From positions 1 to 64,000 of the IMG/VR virus record IMGVR_UViG_3300024344_000002: DNA of 64,000 nucleotides, one strand, 5' to 3'. The notes under the pieces were generated by a model. It saw nothing but the letters and a program-made list of their open reading frames with translations, searched no databases and had not been told where the DNA came from. The position numbers and the translations under genes are program-made. The DNA is from a virus. This document shows, piece by piece, positions 55,925-64,000 of the stretch (position 1 is its first letter; each line of letters begins with the position of its first letter).

Positions 55925-57726
55925 TGGCAAATACCAATAATCCAAGAAATGTTGACGCTGGCAAAAATGCCGAGAGCGATATTAGTCATATGTTTTTAGT
56001 CGGTGCTTATTACACCGAAGAAACAAATATGAGAAACGCTAAAGGTATGCCCGTTAGCTATGGTACTGATCATCCAGTAGAAGGTAAACAGGGACAATTA
56101 AAAAGAATTGGCACTGGTAAAGCTGCTATTGCTACCACCCCAACTTCTAATCTTATGAAGAGTTTTCCTAGTAACCCAGCTTGGCAAAGAAGTGCTGGTG
56201 TTAGTCTAGATGGTTTGTTTGTTCCATTTTCAACTACTTTTAAAATTGTAAGTGAAGAAGGTAGTGACAAAGACGCAAACGTTGAAGTTGGAACTCATGA
56301 ATACTTTCCAACCTTTGAACGTCCATTTTCAACGTTAGATCCAAAAGGTGTAGTAAAAGATAGCATTGATAATTGGTGGCATAACGGTGGTAATGCTTTT
56401 GGGTCTTTGGCTGGCAATTTTTCTTATGTAACATCGGCTAGTTTAAATCCATATGCTTCTGGTCATAGTATTTCAGCAGTTGTAAAAAACAAAACCATTG
56501 GGAATCCTAGTATATCTGCGGGTGGTTACGCTGGAGATGCTCCGCAACAGGGAAGTGCCGAGGGAACATTTGAAAATGTTGCTAGACCTATGGGTTTAAG
56601 AGGGCCAATGGTCATGGCTGGTTGGGGCTATGATACTGATGGTATGCCTGTTCCAAATGCAAGGTTTGAAGCTGAGCGTAAAGATGCCGACCCCGAATCT
56701 CATACCTATGGTATGCCTGTAGGTGTTCATGCTAGCGAAAAATTCAAATCAACGTCTTCAAGTCCACCGCAAGACCATAAACACTTTTTGCCATATTATA
56801 TGTCTAGGCAAGACCAATGGAAAGCTGGCCCAATCGACTTAAGATGGGATAGAGATAGAAAAGTTTGGGTTGGTGGTCAATTCAATCAAATATATCTCAC
56901 AAAAGCTACTCGATGTATACTTCCTGAAACGGGCATGGATGGTGCAAACTCTTTTCATTTTGGTGTTGGAGGTCTTAGTAGTCCCGGAAGACTATATAGA
57001 AATCCATGTCCTACACAAGAATGTAAGTACACATCATACTTCCCTAAAAGTATGTATTATCCAGATATAGAAATATTTGACCCAGAGGATCATGCTTGGT
57101 GTGGTAGATGTAGAACATATGGGAGTATAACAGCCTGTTCCGACTTTAAAGATGGATGTCAACCATTTTATCATGGAATTTTATTAAGATCTGTTCATCA
57201 TCAAGTAGGATCAAAAAATGCTCCTTCAAACTGCACAGACAAGTTTAGAAAAAGTTCTGGAGGATATCCCGGCAATAGAAGAGCTGGAAACCCTTGTCAT
57301 GGATGGGGTGATAGCTATTTTGGAAATCCAGAAGGTATTGGAGAAAAAATAGCAGATGGAACAATGACAGAACGAGCAAGAAGTATGCTCTATCAAAAAG
57401 TCTTCCTAGAAAACCCACTTGGACAAGGTTTAATGGTCGGAGATTCATTTTTTAGTTATGATACTGGTAAGAAGATAACTTATGAATATACAAGAACGGA
57501 CGCTGCAACTTGCGGACAAAAAGTAGGAAAACCTATCACTGTAAAAGAGACTATACCTGTTCACATAATTTTACAAGGTGAATTTTACGGTATGGAAATT
57601 ATATCTAATGCTGGATGTGAAAGAGGGTCTATGACAGCTTGCACTAGAAAATTCTTTGCTCAGGGTTTTGCTACCGCAGAAGATTGCGGACCAGATGATG
57701 ATTATCCAAGAACAGCAGCATTATAA
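55924..57726 (+). CDS. tail-associated protein, Cys-rich C-terminal half
   Basis: GLRGPMVMAGWGYD, WKAGPIDLRWDRDRKVW; coupled to the upstream gene. Confidence 0.55.
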   Translation: MANTNNPRNVDAGKNAESDISHMFLVGAYYTEETNMRNAKGMPVSYGTDHPVEGKQGQLKRIGTGKAAIATTPTSNLMKSFPSNPAWQRSAGVSLDGLFVPFSTTFKIVSEEGSDKDANVEVGTHEYFPTFERPFSTLDPKGVVKDSIDNWWHNGGNAFGSLAGNFSYVTSASLNPYASGHSISAVVKNKTIGNPSISAGGYAGDAPQQGSAEGTFENVARPMGLRGPMVMAGWGYDTDGMPVPNARFEAERKDADPESHTYGMPVGVHASEKFKSTSSSPPQDHKHFLPYYMSRQDQWKAGPIDLRWDRDRKVWVGGQFNQIYLTKATRCILPETGMDGANSFHFGVGGLSSPGRLYRNPCPTQECKYTSYFPKSMYYPDIEIFDPEDHAWCGRCRTYGSITACSDFKDGCQPFYHGILLRSVHHQVGSKNAPSNCTDKFRKSSGGYPGNRRAGNPCHGWGDSYFGNPEGIGEKIADGTMTERARSMLYQKVFLENPLGQGLMVGDSFFSYDTGKKITYEYTRTDAATCGQKVGKPITVKETIPVHIILQGEFYGMEIISNAGCERGSMTACTRKFFAQGFATAEDCGPDDDYPRTAAL

Positions 57727-57735
57727 GGTAGGAAA

Positions 57736-60700
57736 ATGGGCGTAGGAGATCCTTGGGATACATCGTATGATCCGACTAATCCGAAAAAAAGAAACAGAGC
57801 TTCTGGCAAGTTAGCTTGGGGTCCTGATGTTTCTGATGAGTATAGCTATACAGAGGCTCACGAACATCGAGGTGCGGGAAGATTCTGTAAAGAAGGGTGC
57901 GGGTGTGTAGATCTTAGCTGTAATAGTATTACTGGTGCAACATGTTCATTACCACCGGAAATAGTCATTACGTTAGTGAAAGGTGAGACTGGAAGAGTAG
58001 AAGCAAGAGCTGGAGTTTCAGGTGGGGATGTATGGCACTTAAAATACACTAACGGTCTCTATAGAGGTAGAAAATGCTGCACTAGTGATGACACTAAAGT
58101 TACTGGTGATGTTGATAATTTTGATGAGTTTGGTAATCAAAAAGAATTTGATGAATCTACTGCGCCATTTAGTTTAAGAACTCCAAGAAACTGTGACCCC
58201 TGCAAGGTTACAACTTTACCAAACGGAAAAGAATCGCAATGTTGGCGTGGTCAGAACAAGTATTTGGGAGAAGTTAGCGCTAGTGAAGACGGGAATGGAA
58301 CATCAGAATGGGAAGGTGAGTATACAGGTAGACCAGATTATGAGAAAGCTCTTTCAGGAGAAGGCACATGGCCAAGATCATTTGAAGAACTTTCTCTAAC
58401 CCCGGATGAATGGGGCCAAGCACTTAATTCCGATTCTAAGACCGATGTAGACCATGTGATAAATGAAGATGGAACTATAACCGTAACAGAAGAAGAAGAT
58501 AGTCTACACAAAAACGACCTATACACTGGAAGTTCTTTAATAGAAGATGCTCATTATGTTTGTTATAACGAAGATGGTCATGTTATAACTGCAAGCAGTG
58601 GGCGTTGTGGTCGTGGTACTCCCGTCTTTGATGAACCAGCTCATAAACGTCAAATAACACATATAAGTAAGTGTTTTCATGACGGGCAAATTCCGGCTGC
58701 TAAAAAGCCTAAATGTAGAAACATCCAAACCGGAAAAGACATCGAAGTTTCTGGCTACAACTATTGCACTGGCTCTATGCAATATACATACGCTTTTGCG
58801 CATTGTGTAAAAAAAGATACGCAATTCGAGCCAACTGAGGCAGGTGTCGGTACTGACAAAAAATCATGTGAATCGGGTGGCGACAGATGGATAACTCTAA
58901 ATGAAATAATAAATCATTGCCAGTCTAAATTTGACGAAAGTGGCGTTTCTTCTGTCTGGCTTGATAGTGAAGCCGGATGTCAATTGAGAGGTGTTTGTAA
59001 AGCTAAAAACACCGGAGAAATTATAGAGGGTATTGATAACGAAAAAGAGTGTAGAGAAGAAGAACCAAAGAATCATTTTCTAGCTCACCAATGGGTAGAC
59101 TGGGAAAGAGACCCTGAAAGTTGTTGCGGTGGCATGATGACATCTGAAAGTCATCCAAGTCATACACCTCAAGTTTCTGGTGGCTTTGCTAATACTAGAA
59201 AAAACAACGTTTGCTTTACACCTTACAGGGAGTTAGTTCTTACTCCAGATGGCATTTCTGGTACTGATGCTCCTATACATGCTGAGGCTGGTTGTGTTGC
59301 TATACAGAACCAAGAAGAAAGAATAACGATACATGCCGATACTGAGTCTTATTGGACTGTGACATTACGAGAGTGTGGTTTTTGGGCTGATTGCTTTAAC
59401 GATCAAGGCGAAAGAAACACTAGTGTTTATGGCAAAAATCAAATGGGGTGTGGGGAAGAATTAATGCTTTACTTCCCTATGGATCAGTTCTTGAACTGTT
59501 CTGATTTTAATCTCACACTTAGCGACAAAAACACTCTTAATAGTGGCTGGAGTGAAGTACAACAAAGATGGAACAGTAATATGTCCCATTACTTTGGTAA
59601 TCCTGCTGGCTTTTTCCCCGGAAACCCTGAAGACCCAGAAGATGGAAAACATTGGTGTGCTTGGCCTAACCCTCAATTTCTTGAAAGTAGTGAAGATGCT
59701 ATTTGTGAAAGATACACGTATCAAGAAAGTGGAAAACCAATACCACGAAATCATAATCCACTAGGACATCTAAAACTAAAAGCTTTTAACTATAGACCTC
59801 AACCATTTAAAGCCACTGAAAAAACACAAAATTATGCTAAAGGAGTAGAACAAGCAGTAAACGACCACAGGTATTGGCAAAAATGCGCCGCGCAAAAAGC
59901 AGGTGGTGGAGGAAAGTGGTTTATAAATATGGGGTTGGACTATTGGTTCACCCATGACTTCCTCTATAAAAACGCTACTCCAGCCGTATGTGAATCAGTA
60001 AGTCAGGGAGTTAGAGATGCAATAGATGGATTGGAAGGTAGTCTCACTAGCCATGCTTGTGGGATTAGTCTAGGTTGGGATGCTTGGCAAAAATCAGAAG
60101 CTAATCTAGAAGCGTGCGACTGTGGCGGAGAGGCCGGAAAATCTCCAATACCCAGTAGATGCAAAACAGAAAATGAAGATAGTTCTACGTTTTCTTACAA
60201 GACTCTAAGCGATGAATTTACTGAAGACGATTGTAAAAGAGGTGGTGGAGAAGTACAAATATGTTGCGAGGATGAAAGAGGTTGTAGTCGTCCAATTACA
60301 TGGACGTTAGACCTAGTAAAAGAAGGTTCTAAATGTAGAGTTCCTCCCGTGTTTAACGAGACTGTTAATACTGGAACATGTCGGTGTGTAGTCGAAGTTG
60401 AAGGCGAAGGTGACGTTCCTGAATATAGAGTAGAAGAGAGTCAATTACCATCACAGCCTGAGTCAGAAGACGATGAAGCCGAAAATTGCAAGTCTAAAGG
60501 TCTTGAAGAAGGAAAAACTTGTATTTGGTTTGGAGATGAAATAATTGATGATGAAGGAAATGCTCTTCCCCCAACCGATGAAGACCTGTGTCGAGAGGTA
60601 GGAGAAAGCCAAGATACTGGAGGCGAAATATTTACAGCATCTGCACTAACCAGACCCGCTAATGATGAAGGCGAATGTACATGTACACTCAGTAAAGAAT

Positions 60701-63700
60701 GCGCTCAAGGAGAATGGACAGAAAGAAGAAGTTTTTCTCAAGCAGTTTTGACGGTTGACGCTCATTGCGAACCAGTATTTCCTGTTCCTTCAAATATTGT
60801 GGCCGCAGCAACAGATTCAAGGATTGTTGGAGAAAGAGGTATAACAATAAGTGGTCATACAGCTGATCAAGTAGGCCAAAATGATGGAGATAGAGTACAC
60901 GCAATTCATAATGATTCTTTAGACTATTGGGGAAAAACAGGTTTATTCCCAAAAGGTGAAGGTTTAATCAGCTTTGTTAATAATCATTGTATTGGAACTG
61001 GAAGAGAAGTATCAGTCCAAGATGCTAGTAACACATCTCCTATAACCGTAACCTCAAGAAATCACAGGCTGGTCGAAGGTACAAAGGTTATGACCTATGG
61101 CATCATAGGTAACTTTGCAGCTAACGTGCTGTCAAACAGAGACTGGCAAGAGATGCAGTACCAAGACAAAATTTACACTCCTTGTACTGGAGACTCATGC
61201 GACGACATAATGTTTCCGGGGGCAAAATGTCCGGGTGTCTACAAAGAAGATGGAACGTATGAGTGTCCCGATGAATTTTTGGCTTGTTATGGTTCTGTAA
61301 TAATGGGTAGAGACCCAGATCCAGCACCTTGGTTCGTGGCTAAAAATATTACGAGAGATACGTTTGACTTGTTTGCCTGCGACGGAAAGCCTATTGACGG
61401 AACAATAAACGCTTTTGCTAATTTACCAGAACTAGAACGTCTTGGTTGCGATGACGGCGTTTGCATAATGGGTGATATTGAGCAAACGATACTACAAGAA
61501 CAAAAGACTGAACTCACACTCAAATATACAGATGGTACTATAGTTCCATTTGCCGAAGCAGATGAAGAAAAATTAAATGGGGAACTTCCAAAAATAACAA
61601 GCTTCCCAGATATTTGTGTATCGAAGAGAAACTTCTTAGAGAAGAAAGTTCGTGACAAAAAATTAGGCGAAGTTCGTTTAACTCCTGAGCAATTAAAAGA
61701 ACAAGAATTTTGCAAAACAAAAAGAAATGAGGAAGATGAAGATCTTGAAGGACCTTTCAAGATAACAAATGTCATAGGTATTTATGACGATCCTGAAACA
61801 CCCGAAAAAGAAGGCGGTGGAAGACAGTCTTGTGAGCGTTATGGCTTTTGCAAAGTCATGAAAAAAACTGGTGAAAAAACCACTCATGAAATGTCTATGA
61901 CTAAAGAAGAATGTTTTGAACTAGCTAAGCATTATAGGTTGTATCCTAATGAAGGTACTGCTTCTTGTGAACGAGATGATACTAGATGCGTACATCCAAC
62001 GAAAAAATCTTGCATAATTGATAATACAATTCAGGTTGAACCTTATGGGGATTGTGGGACATGTAGTGAAGGAGATCACAAACATAAAGCAGACTGTTTA
62101 GAGGAAAGTGGAGATCCAGTATGGACTCCCGGAAAGCTAGTTGACTTTGAAATACAGCAAGAATTTAAAACCCAGTCAAATTGCCAAGTCGAAAAAGAAG
62201 GAACTTGGATTGAAGAAAAAACTTTATTACCACAAATAGATAAAGATAGCTGTACTGGAACTCAAAGGCATAACGGAAAAGATAGAATTCTTGCATGGTC
62301 TGAAGGCAACTATCATACCTGCGTTCAAAATAACGGCGAGGGAGATGGCGCATTTTCAGGATGTTGGGCGCAGCATAGATTTGGTCCTGCTCCTCCTGAG
62401 TCAAATATGGAAATTGACACTGATGTAGATGCGCACAGCTTTATTTCTTACAAAACCTGTCCATACACTGGTGCTTTTGCAGTGATGTTAGACGATGAAG
62501 GAGTAAATGCTGGATATGTTTCTCATTACACAAAAGAAGAGATAGATGAATTGTATCATCCGGGATGGGATGGCATTGGCTACAAGTATGAACATAGAGC
62601 GCAAGATTGGTATATGCAGGTTGAACAAAAAGGAACATGTCCTGTTTGTTGTGACCATTTCTTGCCCCACACTTTAAATGCTACTTTAACTGCACAAGAT
62701 AGTAGTTGGAATCGTGTTGGGTGTGGACGAGATATATGCAGACCAGAATTTGTAGGACATCAAGGTTATTGTTGTTCAGATACCTTTCATGGTTGTAATA
62801 TTAGTGACATTCCACATTGTGAAACTGGATTCTGTGATAAACCAGATAACCATAGTAAGGTTGAATGTGAAGCTGCCGAGGGAACATGGAAAGGAAACTG
62901 GGAAACTTATGGAAAATGTATACATGGGGAAACCGGAGAAAGGTTAATCAGATATAGAAAAGATGACTGTGATAAAGTTGTTGACAGTGATGGCGAAATA
63001 ATAGGTGAGTTTGAACCTCTTAAACGTCCAGAAGACTGTGACATGTTTATTAGAAAACGCCCTAATGTAATGGGGACTACAAACTGTAGGGATTGTGGAT
63101 GCATTTATAGAGATAGCCAGAATGCACCAATCAAAAATGATCCATGTTGTCCTAATTGTGAATGCATGACAAATGATCAAGATGTGCGACTGTTCGCAAT
63201 GGACTATCCTTATTGGACATGTCGTGAAATAGAAGACTACATGATTAATGAGGGTATTGAATGTGGTTTAGATGAAGTAGGTGTAGAGCATAATTTTGGG
63301 CTAACAACAGCAACTTGCAAATTTTATTCTGGTAGTGATGATAACTGTGCGGGTGTTAGTTGTGGTAACTTTTTTGATGAAGCAAATTGTGTAGACGATG
63401 ATGTGAATAACTGTTGTCAATGGCACGGTTTTGACGCGCCAGAAGACGACGGGAAATGTTGTGTAACACATGATGGAGTGCCTGACTGTGCAGAAATATG
63501 TAGAAATGAAGATACACAAGCTAGAATAGGTAATTTTGTTACTGATGAAGCTACATGTTCTGCAAGCGGAGGTGTGATAGCATCTGGTGAAACTGGTAGC
63601 GATTATGACACTTGCGAAATTGACGAAGATGGTGATCCTACGGGAAATTCGTGGACGACAGGGGAGTGTAAAAAAGCGCCAGCGGGTGAAGAAGATGGAA

Positions 63701-64000
63701 GATACGATTGGTCTTACGAGCCTTGTATTTGTTATCCCGAGAAAGTATCTCATGATTGTCATCCCGGACAGCTATGTACTGAAGGTTTTGAAGGAAGCTG
63801 TTTAAGAGATGGGATAAGCTCAAGCCCAAAAGATAATTGTTTAGGAGTTGGTGGAAAATGTGATTGTTCAAGTGCTTCTGATCCAACAGCTTGTGGAGAT
63901 GCAGAAACTTCGACAGAAGAAACCTGTAAAGAGGCTGGTGGAAAATTTTATTATCCACAAGGTTGTGGACCAAGACACATATCAACTGATTTTCAACTTG
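57736..64000 (+). CDS. giant Cys-rich acidic virion protein, >2088 aa, runs off the window (absent from the ORF track)
   Basis: ATG at 57736 after AGGTAGGA; frame 1 was open in every line I translated (e.g. RFCKEGCGCVDLSC, CGNFFDEANCVDDDVNNCCQW, ending GCGPRHISTDFQL); the track shows no closed frame-1 ORF here. Confidence 0.85.
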   Translation, partial: MGVGDPWDTSYDPTNPKKRNRASGKLAWGPDVSDEYSYTEAHEHRGAGRFCKEGCGCVDLSCNSITGATCSLPPEIVITLVKGETGRVEARAGVSGGDVWHLKYTNGLYRGRKCCTSDDTKVTGDVDNFDEFGNQKEFDESTAPFSLRTPRNCDPCKVTTLPNGKESQCWRGQNKYLGEVSASEDGNGTSEWEGEYTGRPDYEKALSGEGTWPRSFEELSLTPDEWGQALNSDSKTDVDHVINEDGTITVTEEEDSLHKNDLYTGSSLIEDAHYVCYNEDGHVITASSGRCGRGTPVFDEPAHKRQITHISKCFHDGQIPAAKKPKCRNIQTGKDIEVSGYNYCTGSMQYTYAFAHCVKKDTQFEPTEAGVGTDKKSCESGGDRWITLNEIINHCQSKFDESGVSSVWLDSEAGCQLRGVCKAKNTGEIIEGIDNEKECREEEPKNHFLAHQWVDWERDPESCCGGMMTSESHPSHTPQVSGGFANTRKNNVCFTPYRELVLTPDGISGTDAPIHAEAGCVAIQNQEERITIHADTESYWTVTLRECGFWADCFNDQGERNTSVYGKNQMGCGEELMLYFPMDQFLNCSDFNLTLSDKNTLNSGWSEVQQRWNSNMSHYFGNPAGFFPGNPEDPEDGKHWCAWPNPQFLESSEDAICERYTYQESGKPIPRNHNPLGHLKLKAFNYRPQPFKATEKTQNYAKGVEQAVNDHRYWQKCAAQKAGGGGKWFINMGLDYWFTHDFLYKNATPAVCESVSQGVRDAIDGLEGSLTSHACGISLGWDAWQKSEANLEACDCGGEAGKSPIPSRCKTENEDSSTFSYKTLSDEFTEDDCKRGGGEVQICCEDERGCSRPITWTLDLVKEGSKCRVPPVFNETVNTGTCRCVVEVEGEGDVPEYRVEESQLPSQPESEDDEAENCKSKGLEEGKTCIWFGDEIIDDEGNALPPTDEDLCREVGESQDTGGEIFTASALTRPANDEGECTCTLSKECAQGEWTERRSFSQAVLTVDAHCEPVFPVPSNIVAAATDSRIVGERGITISGHTADQVGQNDGDRVHAIHNDSLDYWGKTGLFPKGEGLISFVNNHCIGTGREVSVQDASNTSPITVTSRNHRLVEGTKVMTYGIIGNFAANVLSNRDWQEMQYQDKIYTPCTGDSCDDIMFPGAKCPGVYKEDGTYECPDEFLACYGSVIMGRDPDPAPWFVAKNITRDTFDLFACDGKPIDGTINAFANLPELERLGCDDGVCIMGDIEQTILQEQKTELTLKYTDGTIVPFAEADEEKLNGELPKITSFPDICVSKRNFLEKKVRDKKLGEVRLTPEQLKEQEFCKTKRNEEDEDLEGPFKITNVIGIYDDPETPEKEGGGRQSCERYGFCKVMKKTGEKTTHEMSMTKEECFELAKHYRLYPNEGTASCERDDTRCVHPTKKSCIIDNTIQVEPYGDCGTCSEGDHKHKADCLEESGDPVWTPGKLVDFEIQQEFKTQSNCQVEKEGTWIEEKTLLPQIDKDSCTGTQRHNGKDRILAWSEGNYHTCVQNNGEGDGAFSGCWAQHRFGPAPPESNMEIDTDVDAHSFISYKTCPYTGAFAVMLDDEGVNAGYVSHYTKEEIDELYHPGWDGIGYKYEHRAQDWYMQVEQKGTCPVCCDHFLPHTLNATLTAQDSSWNRVGCGRDICRPEFVGHQGYCCSDTFHGCNISDIPHCETGFCDKPDNHSKVECEAAEGTWKGNWETYGKCIHGETGERLIRYRKDDCDKVVDSDGEIIGEFEPLKRPEDCDMFIRKRPNVMGTTNCRDCGCIYRDSQNAPIKNDPCCPNCECMTNDQDVRLFAMDYPYWTCREIEDYMINEGIECGLDEVGVEHNFGLTTATCKFYSGSDDNCAGVSCGNFFDEANCVDDDVNNCCQWHGFDAPEDDGKCCVTHDGVPDCAEICRNEDTQARIGNFVTDEATCSASGGVIASGETGSDYDTCEIDEDGDPTGNSWTTGECKKAPAGEEDGRYDWSYEPCICYPEKVSHDCHPGQLCTEGFEGSCLRDGISSSPKDNCLGVGGKCDCSSASDPTACGDAETSTEETCKEAGGKFYYPQGCGPRHISTDFQL

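Noticed and set aside
3052-57726. Stop-codon reassignment
   Set aside because: Genes tile densely under code 11, and TAG (e.g. 12654, 16177, 34404, 36916), TGA (10340) and TAA all end genes at sensible boundaries

Overview
This is a 64-kb segment of a large, AT-rich tailed dsDNA bacteriophage. It looks siphovirus-like: a tail tube and a very long tape measure are present, and I recognised no sheath gene. A Planctomycetota host is an inference only. 1-2.0 kb: minus-strand cluster of tiny early/host-takeover-type genes with sigma70-type promoters and two related hairpin elements. 2.1-3.0 kb: small minus-strand operon (HTH, HNH). From about 3.05 kb to the end: one plus-strand late region containing a truncated sigma factor, putative TerS, sulfotransferase, gmd, HNH, glycosyltransferase, ERCC4 nuclease, TerL, portal, protease/scaffold, decoration protein and major capsid protein. 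Fibre genes follow, interleaved with a Stf0-like sulfotransferase, two methyltransferases, GT34 and WavE-like genes, and then come neck, tail tube and chaperone genes, a 2563-aa tape measure and several very large tail-tip proteins. The last of these is a >2088-aa Cys-rich ORF (57736 to the window end) that the ORF track missed. Most notable: (i) a staphylococcal-nuclease-like domain inside the tape measure, bracketed by duplicated PGEFV/[FY]xxGG motifs; (ii) a candidate pathway for sulfated/methylated virion glycans next to Ser/Thr-rich fibres; (iii) a region-4-less sigma factor with a TGGTGTATA(A/T)T late-promoter motif; (iv) apparent window-wide avoidance of CCWGG; (v) twin early-region hairpins with conserved loops but different stems. 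All functional calls come from motif recognition by eye; no database searches were run.
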